A stretch of DNA of 64,000 nucleotides, taken from Octopus sinensis (lineage: Eukaryota). The translations under genes and the position numbers were made by a program. The DNA lies in NCBI RefSeq assembly GCF_006345805.1, contig NC_043005.1, positions 36,642,001 to 36,706,000 of the forward strand. Reading direction: 5' to 3'. The notes under the pieces were generated by a model. The model saw only the letters and a list, made by a program, of their open reading frames with translations. It ran no database searches and had not been told where the DNA came from. The first letter of the stretch is position 1. Each line of letters begins with the position of its first letter. Shown here piece by piece: positions 39,576 to 53,874 of this stretch.

Positions 39576-41726
39576 TAATGCTAAGAATTTAGTTCTGATG
39601 CTTGTAAAAGAAGGAAATAATGTAGAATGAAATAATGTAGTCACTTAAAGGTCTGGTGAGGAGTATTAAACAGAGCGATGGATGAAGTCTACAATACTGT
39701 AATGAAGGTGGTGTAATGACAGAGAGTTAAAATATTTACGTGTTTGATTTCACTTTTCAACTTTTAGATGTCTATGAAAAGATTATTAGTGTACGGAAGT
39801 TAACTGTATTGTTTGTTGCGGTTCTTTGGATTCTGATATCTCGGGTGGCATAATTAATTTGTCACCCAGTCTCACACCACCTAATGGTTCCTGGATACCT
39901 TTCAACAGAGTTCAATTTGTTGGAAGAATTCAGGCTACATTACAGGTCTCGTAAGTAACATCTTAAAACATAGTAATAGAGAGAATTGAACGAAATATAA
40001 CCACAGGGTGAAAAGATGACATCATAACATCATATATAATATATAAATAGATCTTTTCTAGCGCTAACACTTGCATGAGATAGATTGTAAAAAAAAATAT
40101 TTATATGGTTGCATGTATACATAAATTGATGCGTTTCAATAACATTCTCTATAATTATATATTCATTTATTTATGAATCCATTTCACTTTCTACATTCTA
40201 TACACATTGATATACACACATTGGTGCAAGTATGCATATGCATTGAAACGTATTTTTTAGCCCTGTGAATCCATTTACATATGTATGAGTAGAAATTACT
40301 TTTAATATATGTACGTTTGGATCAGAAGAATATGAATTTGGATAAATATGGTTTACTTTTCAAGCATAGTATATTTACTTATGTGCGTATGTATTCGTGT
40401 TTTTATATGCATGTAGAAAGAACGTGTGTTAGTGTGCGTACACATACGTACGACATGAATATATTTGCAAAAATAAATGAAATTTTGCATGCTCATTGTA
40501 ATGTTTCTGCAATACATCTGACCGATGAAACCTGACCATGTGTTAAATAATAATAAAAGCAACAACAATAATTTCTTCGTAGTACTAAATTTATAAAGGA
40601 TTTGTAAATAATCTATATAAATTCTCGGTGGAATTTTTTTCTTCTTCGATGCTTCCCATCGCCCATAAGAATGCAAAAGTGAATAAGAGTCACAGAGAAC
40701 TTAGTGGAATCGATTCTTTGGTGACATGAAATTGAAAGCAAAAAAAATATTAAAAAAAAAAAAAAGAAATACTTTACCTTATTGACATATATAAAAGTTG
40801 CCGCCATTTTTATTGACAGAACTTTCTAATAGTTCTACTTCAGCAGATTCCAGAGAAATAAACATTGTTTGTAAATAGTTAGTTCAATATATAAACCGTA
40901 ATACTATGTATGGACATGTGTTAGTATGTGTGTGCATGTTTATATACACATTCGAGTACTATGTACCAGTATGCATGACTTGTATGTGTGTATTTAGGTG
41001 TGTGTGCGTGCGCGCGCGTGTGTGCTTGCATAAAATTTAGAAGGAAAAATTCAGAGCGAATTGGAAGTTTGACTTATTTACCGTCATCAGACTGTGGTTT
41101 CGTTCGGCTTTCAAGGTACATATCGCAAGCATGGCTGTATATTTAAGAGGCTTGCTTTTCAACCAGGTTGTTTCGGGGTCACTTCCACAGCGCGGCACTT
41201 TAGGCAAGTGTGTTCTATAGCCGCAATCGATCGATGCCTTCTGAGTGAATATGACAGACTGAAATTGTATGGAAGTCCGTATGTCTATAAGTAAAAATAC
41301 ATGTATATGGCTTTCTACTTATGTTTGAACTCCCACCACTTAAAAACCGCTGTTGGTTTATTTATGTCCCTGTAATTTAACAGTTCGACGAAAGTCGTGG
41401 GCAGAAACAAGTAAAAGATAAAAAATAGACACGTGGAGCTATGTGTATGAACATTAGGTCTCGTAGATTGAGGTGGAAAGCGATAATACTTATAAACCTC
41501 TATATATGAACCGCCAAAATAGTATGTCATCATGCCAAATAATCTTGATTAAGCATACCAACGCAAATTTTGACCGGAATATGGCACAACTGCAACATGT
41601 AGACCTATACAAGTTTACTTCTAAGACACACGTGTCTAACAGAATCTAAACGATAATGCACTTCTCTTATCAAACCAGGAAAACTATCCTTATTATCGCT
41701 GTTTTATTTTCACACACATTCAAGCC

Positions 41727-41935
41727 TATGGTTGGCTTTAGTAGACGGAAACTGAAAGAATCCCGTCGTGTATATATGCGTATTTGTGTATGTGTGTCTA
41801 TATCTGTGTGTGTTTCTAACCGACAGCTTGATAACCGATGTTAGTTTGTTTACGCGTCCGTAACCTAGCGGTTCTGTAAAAGCGACTGATAGAGTAAGTA
41901 CCAGGCTTTAAAAATATATACTAGGTCTCATTTGT
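41727..41935 (+). mobile_element. Second-family SINE fragment
   Basis: tagtagacggaaactgaaagaatcccgtcg...cttgataaccgatg...taacctagcggtt. Confidence 0.7.
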
Positions 41936-41945
41936 TCGTGTAGTC

Positions 41946-42290
41946 CTAGAGTTCTCAACCATTTATATTTGTAAACCACTTCGATTGCTTCTTTAATGTG
42001 GTGGACACCCATACTCATTCGATGTTTAAAACTATTTTAAAAAACTTCTTCAAAATTCGTGTATTGCTTTATACACATTAACTTGTATGATTTGAATTAT
42101 GTAAAATGTTAGAGAAAGTAACCCCGGTGTTTCTTGCACTACATACCAATGCATAAATCTAAAGCAAAATTTTTTCAGTTGCCTTTAAAATACTACTGTG
42201 GATCCCCAATTTACTCATTTGTTACGTGGATCCACACAAGTCTTATATGGACCCTCAGGGGCCATATTCACCCCAGTTGTGAACCGATGA
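41946..42290. mobile_element. Degenerate hAT-type MITE
   Basis: Ends resemble CAGTGGTTCTCAACC-type TIRs (tagagttctcaacc ... cagttgtgaaccgatg); heavily diverged. Confidence 0.35.
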
Positions 42291-43335
42291 TGTAAACCAT
42301 TGAAGATAGTGCCTCAACATGGTTGCAGTCCAATGACTGAGACAAGTAAAAGAAAAAAATATGTATGCATGTGTGTATGTATGCATGAATGTATGTATAT
42401 ATGCATGTATGTATACATGTACGTATGTATGTGGGTGTATGCATATATATATGCACTGTTGTACATACACAGTAGACACAGGTACTCATATGCAGACATA
42501 ATATATATATATATATACACATATATGTAATTCATTAGCAATCACATAGGTCATTTCATTACATTTTGTTTTGTTTACACCTTTCTATGACCCGCACAAC
42601 CCTATAATAGTTTTCTAATATTTTATATCAACTAATAATTAAATATTTAATTATTATTGCAAATAAGCTGATGATAACACACATCGAAATCTAATATATC
42701 TGATAATATGTGACAAGGCTGTAACACATCTATACAATTTACAATCAATATTATAGGATCACTATTAAGAAAAAAATATATTTATTAATTTTTTTTGTAT
42801 TCGAATGAATTGTAGCTTTTTTAGCCCCAGGCCTACTTTGACAGGTTAGACATATAAAATACATTATTCTATTGAAAATTCTCTTACACATTGAAATACA
42901 TTATTTTTCTAGGTTTTTGCTATATCTAGCACACATTCAACAATTTGAGAGGTCCTTTATTTAGATTGTTCTGTTTAATTTAAGGTAGATTTTGTTTTTA
43001 TTTTCAGTAGATCTAATGGCTTTGAACACTGGTGTTTATTCGTTGACACATTGTAGTGGGAGGACTAACGATGCGGAAAATAAGTCAAATGATGCGATAG
43101 CCAATGATTTTGCTATATAGTTGTTCAATCTCCTCTGAGATTGACTTTCAAGCTTTTTACTCTAGTGATAGTCATGTCCCCTTTACAAGTGCTTTCTATT
43201 TCTTTCATTCTTAACGTTGTATATATATACATACATAAATACATACATACATGTATTTGAATTAAAGATGTCTACACCTATATATTTTTTCCTTTCCTTA
43301 CACTTTATATATATATATATATGTATATACATATG

Positions 43336-43404
<69 letters not shown>

Positions 43405-43489
43405 CAGACATACATATATATATATATATATACTCATACATACATGCACACTTAGTATATATACGTATCTGTATATATACATACATACG

Positions 43490-43523
<34 letters not shown>

Positions 43524-43583
43524 ACATATATATATATGTGCGTATGTATATATATGTACACGTTTAATATATATACGTATCTG

Positions 43584-43639
<56 letters not shown>

Positions 43640-44426
43640 GCATGAAAAATGAATACATATATATATATATGTATATATGTGACGTATTTTTTATTAGATT
43701 GATGGTAAGGTCGAGATTCAATGAACTCACTGAACTAACAGCTTTTATATGTATTGAAACAATATCTTTTAGTAATTTTTTTCCCTTCTTTCTGCTGAAA
43801 ATGGTAAGAATGCCTGAAGCATTATAGCAAGTGTTTGCTTATTCGGCATTCAGAACGTCAGTGCATGGTTCTGAATCGACTGCAAAATCTATGAAATAGA
43901 TTTTTGATTTAAAAATTTCCTATATCCTCGTGGTTGAACATGCATATTCCAAGTTATTTTCGACAACTGCAACTATTGCCAATACCGAATATGTTTTAGC
44001 CAGAAAACAAACGCACGTTCGCGCATGAAGGACACGCACGCGCACACACACTCATACACACACATATACAAACTCGAAATTTCAGTATGAAATCAAACAC
44101 TTTTCAGTCTTCAGTATCGTTCTTGCCAACTGAAGCCAAGTTTTCTGTTAACATATGTTTCATTTTAAGTTTCTATCTTTTCGATATCTTTAGGAATTTT
44201 CAGCCTATAATTTTTTTTACGTTGTAAACCCAGTATCCAACTTCAATACAGATAATCATATTTAAAAAGAATTCCATTGCCAAGTTATTCAATACATTTT
44301 AAATAAAGTAAAAGAATTTGTTCACTTACCACATTGACTAGCTCTGTCATTTAGTGAAATCTTATCTAAACGGCTCTTCTATGCCGAGTCACTTACCTGA
44401 AGATATTGATATTGCCAGTTTTCTAA

Positions 44427-44822
44427 GGCGGCGAGCTGGCAGAAACGTTAGCACGCCGGGCGAAATACGAAGCCGTATTTCGTTTGCCGTTACATTCTGA
44501 GCTCAAATTCCGCCGAGGTCGACTTTGCCTTTCATCCTTTCGGGGTCGATAAATTAAGTACCAGTTACGCACTGGCGTCGATGTAATCGACTTAATCCGT
44601 TTGTCTGTCCTTGTTTGTCCTCTCTGTATTTAGCCCCTTGTGGGTAGTAACGAAATAGGTATTTCGTCTGTCTTTATGTTCTGAGTTCGAATTCCGCCGA
44701 GGTCGACTTTGCCTTTCATCCTTTCGGGGTCGATAAATTAAATACAATTTGCATACTGCGGTCGATCTAATCGACTGGCCCCTCCCCTAAAATTTGAGGC
44801 CTTGTGCCTAGAGTAGAAAAGA
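44427..44822 (+). mobile_element. Dimeric tRNA-derived SINE with 20-bp target-site duplication
   Basis: Head ggcggcgagctggcagaaacgttagc (A-box-like) and ttctgagctcaaattcc (B-box-like). A second, headless monomer is fused at ggtatttcgtctg. Flanks are atattgccagttttctaagg (44409-44428) and atattgccagtcttctaagg (44823-44842). Confidence 0.85.
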
Positions 44823-44840
44823 ATATTGCCAGTCTTCTAA

Positions 44841-45210
44841 GGTGACGTGTTGGCAGAATCTTTAGCATGCTGGGGAAAATGTTTAGCAGCATTTCGTCCG
44901 CCTTTACGATATGAGTTCAAATATTGTAGGGGTCGACTTTTGCCTTTCATTCTTTCGGGGTCAATAAAATAAGTACCAGTTGAACACTAGGGTCGATGCA
45001 ATCGACTTACACACCCTCTCGAACTTTCTGCTCTAGTAGCAAAATTTGAAACTAATATTACTTCTAAGGCGGCGAGCTGGTAGAATCGTTAGCGCGCCGG
45101 GCAAAATAGTTTGCGGCATTTCGACCGTTTTGAGTTCAAATACCGTCGAGGTCGATTTTTGTCTTTCATCATTTCGAAATTGTTGGCCTTCAGCTAAAAT
45201 TTGAAATCAA
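44841..45210 (+). mobile_element. Two further tandem SINE copies of the same family
   Basis: Heads at 44841 (ggtgacgtgttggcagaatc) and about 45068 (ggcggcgagctggtagaatc), each with the ggtcga...tttcat core. Confidence 0.8.
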
Positions 45211-47074
45211 TATTGGTTGTTTACTACAAACAGGAAGGAATCAAAGGTAATTTTCGATGTCATTTTCAACATAAATTTTATCAGCTACTCTACTTCCAGC
45301 TAAAGTTCATATAAACATGAACCCGTTATATGTTGTTAGAAGGATGTTGATATTATCTAATGCCGGTCAACCCTAATTCTCCAGGTATATGTTCATAATC
45401 ATTGAAGTTAGGATCATTTCGTCTTGTTTTTCTAGGCAGTGCATGCCAAGGACTCCATTAGCCAATGTTCCCTTTTTTCTTAAAGCAATAAGTTTTGATT
45501 TGGACATGATTTAGCTACTGTTTTTAACATGTAGTGGTTTCTTTTCTTGTTCGCTTGTTAAACTGTAGAATCTTTACAAATAGTGAACCAAATATACTTG
45601 ATGATACCGCATGAATAAATAAATAGAAATATGTTTGTGTGAAAACATTTATGCGTAAATATTATATTCAAACAATTGGTTAAGTTCACCCTCTACATAT
45701 GCAATCTATATCAAGCGATCAAATAGGTTAATATTTCTTATTTATCACAACCAACTTAACAGTGAATAACATTTTTTTTCCTGAAACAGAATTAATATAT
45801 ATAAGAATATAATAATCTTTCTTCCTTTCTTTTCTTCTCTTCGAAAACCAATTCGTTATTCCATAAATTTTGTAGATAGTTCTTACTGAAAATATAGCAA
45901 GTGTTTTACCTTCTCGTTTTAAAGAATTGTCAGTAGTTCTAGCTTGTGATTTTTTTTTCTGCCGAACAAGTCTTTCTCTTGAGATTAATTATTACCTGAT
46001 ATTCATTCATACATTTAATAGTCTCTGTAATTGGACCGAGGCCATACTGGGGCACTGCGCTCATGGAACGATTATATTGGTATCAATTTTGTGATACTTT
46101 TTTGATCGACCTCGTTAACCGAGTGTCAAGAGGTAAAACTCGGAATTTGAGAAGTATTACAATATATATTTCGTTCGGTGCAATATTTTCCGTTAGCTAA
46201 CTCATATTGATACACAAAATCATCCGTGCACACACAATATATACACAACCGACAGTGTTTCACTCACACTAATTTCATCAACCCGAAGCTATGTTAGAAG
46301 TTACTTGTCAGACCTAATCACAGTAGGATCGAAACAAGGACCTAATGATAGCGAAGGAAACTTCTTCGCTTAACATCCGTGACTTCGCCCACAAATATCT
46401 CCTAACAGCAACATGGTTTTCCAAGTGGTCATACGTCCCTTTAATAACAAAGCACGACTTGATTTCGACGATCAGACGGGGTTGACTTCTGAAAATATGA
46501 CCTGGACTAAAGTGTGAGTCAACTGTTTAATACTATTTTCTTGCTTTTGTGAATGTTAGGTTTCCCCGGGAATTTTTCAAGGAAACCACTGGCTCTTTTT
46601 TTTGTTTTGTTTTTTGTTTAATTTAGTTATAAACTCTAATGCTCCAATCACGGTTGTTATTGATTCTATCTTCAGGTGTTATATCCAGCTTATTCCAATT
46701 AATACCATTGCTCTTGTTGTTCTTATCATTATATATCTATTTAAATCAGAAACAGTAGGGCTAGTGGAAACCACTAGTGGTATTTAATGGTATGACATTA
46801 TTTTATTTTGAGTTCAAAGCCCGTTGAGACTTACTTTTACTTTCATCTCTCTGGGTTAATAAAAGTAATTCTCAGAGAAATACTGAGGTTGCTTTAGTGT
46901 GTACCTAAAAGTGAAGCCTTGTTGTACCTGCTTTTGATACCATTAACAAATAATAATGATAATAATAATGATAATAATAATAATAATAATATAATAATAA
47001 TAATAATAACAATAATAATAATAATAATAATATAATAATAATAATAAGAAGAAGAAGAAGAAGAAGAAGAAGAA

Positions 47075-47185
47075 TAGCATGTGTAATCTAGGAATGTATA
47101 CAATGAGCTTCTCTGCCCTAGGTGTACGGAAAACACTCGGCGAGAAACGGAAGAAAATTTGAAGAAAAAGGAAATGATAATAATA

Positions 47186-47256
<71 letters not shown>

Positions 47257-47352
47257 GCGTGTGTAATCTAGGAATGTATACAATGAGCTTCTCTGCCCTA
47301 GGTGTACGGAAAACACTCGGCGAGAAACGGAAGAAAATTTGAAGAAAAAGGA

Positions 47353-47355
<3 letters not shown>
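47075..47355 (+). repeat. Two 101-bp near-identical retroelement 3' stubs, each followed by (AAT)n
   Basis: 47075-47175 and 47255-47355 differ at one base, period 180. The core also matches 36251-36299. Confidence 0.85.
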
Positions 47356-47398
<43 letters not shown>

Positions 47399-50300
47399 TA
47401 ATAATAATAATAATAATATAATAATAATAATGATAAATTCTTTTATTGGCAGCAAGAGCCCAATACATTGAGCACTACATTGAAAAACAAAACACAGCAC
47501 AAAAAGTGGTGTTGTACTCATTGTTTTCAAGAAGAAGCTGTAAAGCTACTTTAATATGTCTTCGTTTAACAGCAGCTATTGAAAATTTACTTTGTATATC
47601 TTTCTCTCTACAGTTGCCGTTGTTATAAATGTTAGCGAGGTCGGTAAACTTCTCGTGCTATTGATTAATTTAACCTAAATTTTCAAATTTTCATTTGATA
47701 TAAGTAGTTAGTAGAAATGATTTTTGTTGATAAAAGAGCATGAAACAAATTGCCAATCTGCAGATGGGCTGAAGTAAATTTCAACAAAAAGAAGAAAGAA
47801 ACAACAAAAAAAATTTAATAGAGTAAAAATGAAAAAAAATATTGATGAAAGTAAGATGGAATTGATATTGGCCTTTCCGTGAAGCAGAAAGATAAAAACA
47901 CTATCTTGTTACAATTTCTCGCCAGAAACGAATTTTCATAAATCAAATTTCAAATTTCTCTCTTAAAATAATAAGAAAAAGGAATGTAACGCTGGGGTAG
48001 CGAATAGTGTTAGAATTCTCTTCATTAGTTTTCAAAGATTAAAGTGCATACGATCTTTGACCTTTCCAACTGACACGTTTTAATTGAATGCACAGATCCA
48101 ATTTGGAATCTTGAAACCGCGTGTTTTCTTGTTTGCAACTTATCTGACGTTTCAAAGATCAAGCATATTCAGTAAGTTTACAAGTGTTCCATACCATGAA
48201 TTGATTTGTACCTTGTTCATTTGTAAAGATTCGTTACGTATTAAGCAGAATTATGTTTAGTATTTTGGAAGAACTCAATAAAGTGAATAAGACTGTTGAG
48301 ACGATTTGAAGAAAACGTGCAACCCTCGAATAGATGACTGGAAGAAAATGCACAGCCTTTGTTGTATAGGATGCTGTATATGTTTATACTCAATTTAGGT
48401 ACCGTAATGTCGGTTGGGATAAACAAATTTAGATTTCACTGCAAATACACGAAAATAATATAAAATGGAAGGATTTTAACATAAAATAGAGTTGCTTACA
48501 TTTTAAGACCTCTCCTTCCTAGCAACTAAAAGTTGAAAACTTGCCTTGTTTTTTGTGTGACTTATAAATCAATTATTTTGTAACAGCTTTTAGAAAGTTC
48601 ACAGACCTGAATAAAACGTTGCAGGTAGGTTCATCTTATATCCAGTAGACAGAACTTTATCAATCTTATATACCCTCGAAAATATGGAAACATCAAATCA
48701 AGTGACCTTTTAAACGTTTTTTGTCCAGACAAGTTAAAATTATCAACTGACCTTTATACAGATGACGAACAAGAAATGATCTTTTGCTCTTGTGTCCAGG
48801 CACATTCCAATTCATTGGGTGACCTTTAAACTGTTGTGTCCAGAAGCTCCCAAAATATCAAATGTTAGTGATTTAAAGAAATGTGGAATGGTGAATATTC
48901 AATGATTTCAAAGATTTTAATTCTGTGAATTCCAATCAAATTCTTGTTATTGTTTATTTGGTGTCTCTGTTTGTTTCCTTCTTCAATACGATATGAGTGT
49001 CATAAACCGAAACTAAATTTTCAATTCATTAGAACAGAAATGATAGATGAAAAGTAGTTTGTCAATAGTGGAATTCTAGCTGCTTGTGTAATTTAAAAAT
49101 GAAGCAAACGTCTGACTTTTCATAAACAATGTTATGTGGACAGCGGATGAGATGGTATGAACGATAGATTGGTTTATTTATTGTATGCAGTTCGATACTT
49201 CATTGTTCAGAGTTAATCAGAGTTAACTGCATCTTTCATCTCACTTTTATCGATGAAATAAGAACAAGTTTTATCTTGATGTCGATTCAGTCGTTTATAT
49301 TCTACTCCACCTTCAAAATTAACTCCATTTCCTTCTCAAAAACAAAACAAAAGAAAGAAAAAAAAATCAATCCTACTTGATGTTGTTGTCGTTGAAAGTC
49401 GAGATATCGCTTGGATGTAAAGATTTTAAATCTTCGTTATTTCTGAAGTACATTTCTATGGGTGATTTCTTTTATGAGATAGAAACAATTAAAACACCGC
49501 TATGATATAAATTACAACCGCAGTATATTTAGATTTAACAGAATCAAATAGACAGATATTTAGACAGTTACCATTCGATGGTTGACAAATGTTTTTCAAG
49601 GATTATCCATGATAAGTGAGAACTTCTTTCGAAGTATAAAAACAGTAACAATAACAGTGGGCTGTTTAACAATGACGGATATTTTCGGTGAAGTCGTTAA
49701 CGTCTTTCTACTGACAAATAATAGGATCACGAGTGATTATTTGTTAGGGAAATGTCTTATTCTAGAAATGCATTTTCCTTTAGTGACTATATATCCACTT
49801 ACCTAGTGATCTACAATCTATTTTCACCAATATTTTTTGTTTCAAAAGTGCTCTAAAACTGAAAAAGAATTAAAAAACACCTGATTTTGAATATCAAGCA
49901 TAACATTTGTTCTCGCCTTTAGTGGGTAACGTATTTTAGAATTTGTTTTGACATTGCTGTCTAACACATAGATAGAGAGCCTCTACGTGCAGAATTATCT
50001 ATAAACAGGTGTTTATAATGAAATTCTGTAGCATTAATAATCTGGATAATTAAGCTATCTGTCTCGTCTCTATCTTTCTCATTCTACTTATTTGTCTTTA
50101 TCTTTATTTTCAATCTGTCTGTCTATGTCTTTCCGTTTCTGACTCTGTCTGTCTCTTTCTTTCTCTATATTGCCTCTCTCTCTCTCTCTCTATCTCTTTC
50201 TATCTATCTATCTATCTGACTGCATCTGTCTAACTACATATAAATGTATGCGTTTAATGCACCATCACAAATAAAAACAATGAAATATTAACTGCAAGAA

Positions 50301-50572
50301 AAGACAACACATTTGCATGAAGTATAGTAATTCTTTTTACAAATATAAGGTTGACAGTGATCCCGGGGTTTTGGCCATAATATGCATCACAAGATTGTCT
50401 GATGAAGCTTATTGCCTGCAAAACTTCGAAGATGCTGTTAAACTCCTTGTAAAGATAACATCAACATATCTCCATACACACATACGTATCTGTGTGTCTA
50501 TCTGTCTCCGTTCGTACCTCCTTATGTATATACGTATGTAGGAAGGTAGGTGTGTGTGTGTGTGTAGATAGG

Positions 50573-50605
<33 letters not shown>

Positions 50606-50656
50606 GTATATGCATATATATGATTTATATATACTATATATATACACATTACCATA

Positions 50657-50712
<56 letters not shown>

Positions 50713-52777
50713 GAAATATTGGTTTGGTTGGGTAACACCCTGCCCCATTCTCTAGCATATTTAATTGCAAAGTCTGGTAAATCTGTGATGAGATGTCATT
50801 TCACTCTATTTTCAATAAGTTTATACACTTTTTAAGTGATCAGTCTCACACATGTATAACCATCTGCATATAATGGTTCGAAACGGAGTGGTACTGAAAC
50901 AATTGTAACCCAAATAATAAACTTATTCTTTATTGATATTTCAAACGTACACATACACACACACTTGCACAGACACACAGAGCCACACCCCACATTCACG
51001 TATATATTATGACACATACATATGTGTACATGTACAGAGAAGCTGTTTTTAGCATAATTGAATATGTAAACATGTTTTCAGCGTCGTACATATTTGTAAC
51101 AACGCTATTGCCAAGCTTTTGGCCTTTTGCCCAATATCTTGATTGCAGTACAAAAAGAAAATATGATTTTTAAGTTGCTAAAATACCCGATAAGAAATAT
51201 AAAAGAAAGCTGAACAAATTATATTAAGACGGACATATATAAAATACAAATACAAAATAAATAATGTGAAAAGAAAATGGCGAGATTTTCCCAAAGTTAG
51301 CATGAAAACGTGTTTAGGAATCTATCGGTTTCTTCTCTTTACTGGCTGGTATACCTAGTTTCATTGTGCATGTCACGATCAAAGTATGTGTAGACTTAAC
51401 TGCGATAACTAATGTATTATCTGTATTTGTGCCTGTATGTGTGTGAATATTCGCATGTGTGTTTCTGTGTGAATGTTTGGGAATAATATGTGTGTGTTTG
51501 AATGAATGGATGTGAATATGTCATTATGTGTGTTTCTGTCTCACACTTTTTTTCTTTAACACTTTTATATTTCTTCCTTTCTCCTAGTCTCTCCCTCCCT
51601 CCCTCCCTCTGTCGCTCTGTACTCACACACACACACCACACACACACACAGTCACTCACACATTATGTATGTCTGTGTGTATGTGTGCGTGTATGCATAT
51701 GTATATTGTATGTATTCAAGTGATTGTATATGTATACGTTGAATGTATATGCGTATGAGAGAGAGAGAGATGTTTCTATATTTAATATATTGCTGTATAT
51801 GTACGTAATTGCGTTTTTAAGAACTAATCTCAGAAGTCTGTGTATGTTTGTGTGTGTGTGTGTGTGTGTGTGCGTGTGTATGTGTGTTTGCGTGCGCGTG
51901 TATGCGTGCCTGTCTGTGTAGAATTCATTTTCTAACTAGGAAGAACATTTCCAACAGTGAATGTGATCTATTTTCTGCTGTTGCTCCATACGGCGCCGTC
52001 CTTTTATTATCTGCACACAAAACACATCTAACAGCTCATATTTCACACTAGCGCGTACATCCTATATTGCCAATATCACTTAGCATGAGGTTGGTGTTGG
52101 CAAATAACACCACACCATCATGGAGCATTCGAACATGTTTTACTGTTGTTGTTTTTGTTGTTATTAACGTTATTTTGGACTTAACAGTAAGAAGAATTTA
52201 TTACAATGGCATACCTTTACATTCATTCATCTACCCCCCACGCTTACGCACGCGCTCTTCAAATGAATTGTGACGCATTAATAGCAGTATTATATGGCTC
52301 TTTAGCTATTGTACATTCCGTATTACTGATATATTATAAATGCTATTTTTCCTTCTTTATTTTTTGCTGCTGCTGTTCAGCGTATAAGGGTTCCTTTTAA
52401 GTATTCAACAAAGATTTATTGATAAAGCCGGTGCAGTCCATCAGTTCTACATCCGTGTCTTACTAGTGCTTTTGCTAGCGACCTCGATTTACACTGAACT
52501 AATTAGTATGACGGCTTTGTATCTTTTATATCAACCACACTGCCCTATATCTCTTTTGTATCATTGAATTATATGAGGCCTATTAACATATACAAACACC
52601 CATACTCACACAAATACATATACATTCATATACAAAAGCACACACGCATGTACTGTTGCAATCCTAGCAGTGTTAGCTTCTTTTCCTCAATGTTCATTTA
52701 TAAATTTATTTGTAACAGAATTGTATTAGCCTTAGCTGGTTCTGCAGCTATTGCATTTAAACTTCACCTGTCAAGTA

Positions 52778-52808
<31 letters not shown>

Positions 52809-52839
52809 TATGTATATATATATTATATATATATTATAT

Positions 52840-52870
<31 letters not shown>

Positions 52871-52924
52871 GCATATAAATCTATAAATATATATCTATAT
52901 ATACATATATCAATATATGTATTG

Positions 52925-53636
52925 ACACACCTACTTCCCCCCGCCACTCCTCTCTTGCTCCGACTCCTACTTCTTCTCTTCACCCCTTCTCTCCTCTCTC
53001 CTCTTCACTCCTACCCACCTTCTCCCTTCCCCTCTCCCTTCTTCGTCAACCCGCCCTCGTAACCCCAGGCCCTACACAATCCAACCCCACCTTCTCTATC
53101 CATTCCATCTCACTCCCACATACCCCACCTCTACCGTCACTCTAATCCTAACCCACACCCCATCTTTGCTTTCCGCACTCTCACCTCCCCCACATCCCAA
53201 CACTATCACACCATACATCACCATACCACAAAACATCACATTACATCACCACGCACACACGAGCACTGGCCACTTCCCAGCCCCATACCATCATCCGCAC
53301 ACCTACACCTACACACACGCACACGTCAAGGTCACCAGTCCTCTTCCACATGATCATACGTGGTCTCTTATACACACGTATCTTCGTTTTGGGATCACCA
53401 CTACTTTATTATCTCCCCTTGATCGTGTGTGACCCCACTGTCCAGCATTTGCCATGATAGATCGCTTGCCACTACACATTCTTTATTTTCTCTCCCTGTT
53501 TCTCTCTGTGTTCCTTTCTGTGGAAGAGCGTAGGCTCGAAACGTTAAATACTTTTTCACTTCCCGAGCGTTAAACCAATACATCTGTTTGCTGTCTACAC
53601 CACCTGACTTCGTCTTTTGTTTTTTATGAATCCTCC

Positions 53637-53640
<4 letters not shown>
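52925..53640 (+). mobile_element. PLE-like 3' end (C-rich segment plus terminal region), family C
   Basis: C-rich low-complexity tract, then a terminal segment with cttt-CTGTGGA-a-gagc-gtag-gctc-GAAA-cg-TT-aaat at 53514-53549, directly followed by (TA)n. Confidence 0.5.
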
Positions 53641-53691
<51 letters not shown>

Positions 53692-53802
53692 GTGAAATAG
53701 AAAGATGAATAATCTTGTTGTAGATTAATCAAAAGTTAACCGATACCTTAGTAGCAAAAATCACACTGCGTTCAGCTCCATTTCTTCAATTCACCAATAA
53801 TG

Positions 53803-53874
<72 letters not shown>

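Noticed and set aside
40800-40810. YY1-like GCCGCCATTTT motif
   Set aside because: Single short motif in AT-rich DNA without other promoter evidence.
42668-42695. CTGATGA...GAAA at 42668 as a hammerhead
   Set aside because: No helix II after the core and no stem I pairing.
44427-44520. tRNA gene
   Set aside because: A- and B-box-like motifs belong to SINE heads; no cloverleaf or acceptor stem, and many diverged copies.
50399-50432. CTGATGA...GAAG as a hammerhead
   Set aside because: Lacks GAAA, helix III and stem I.
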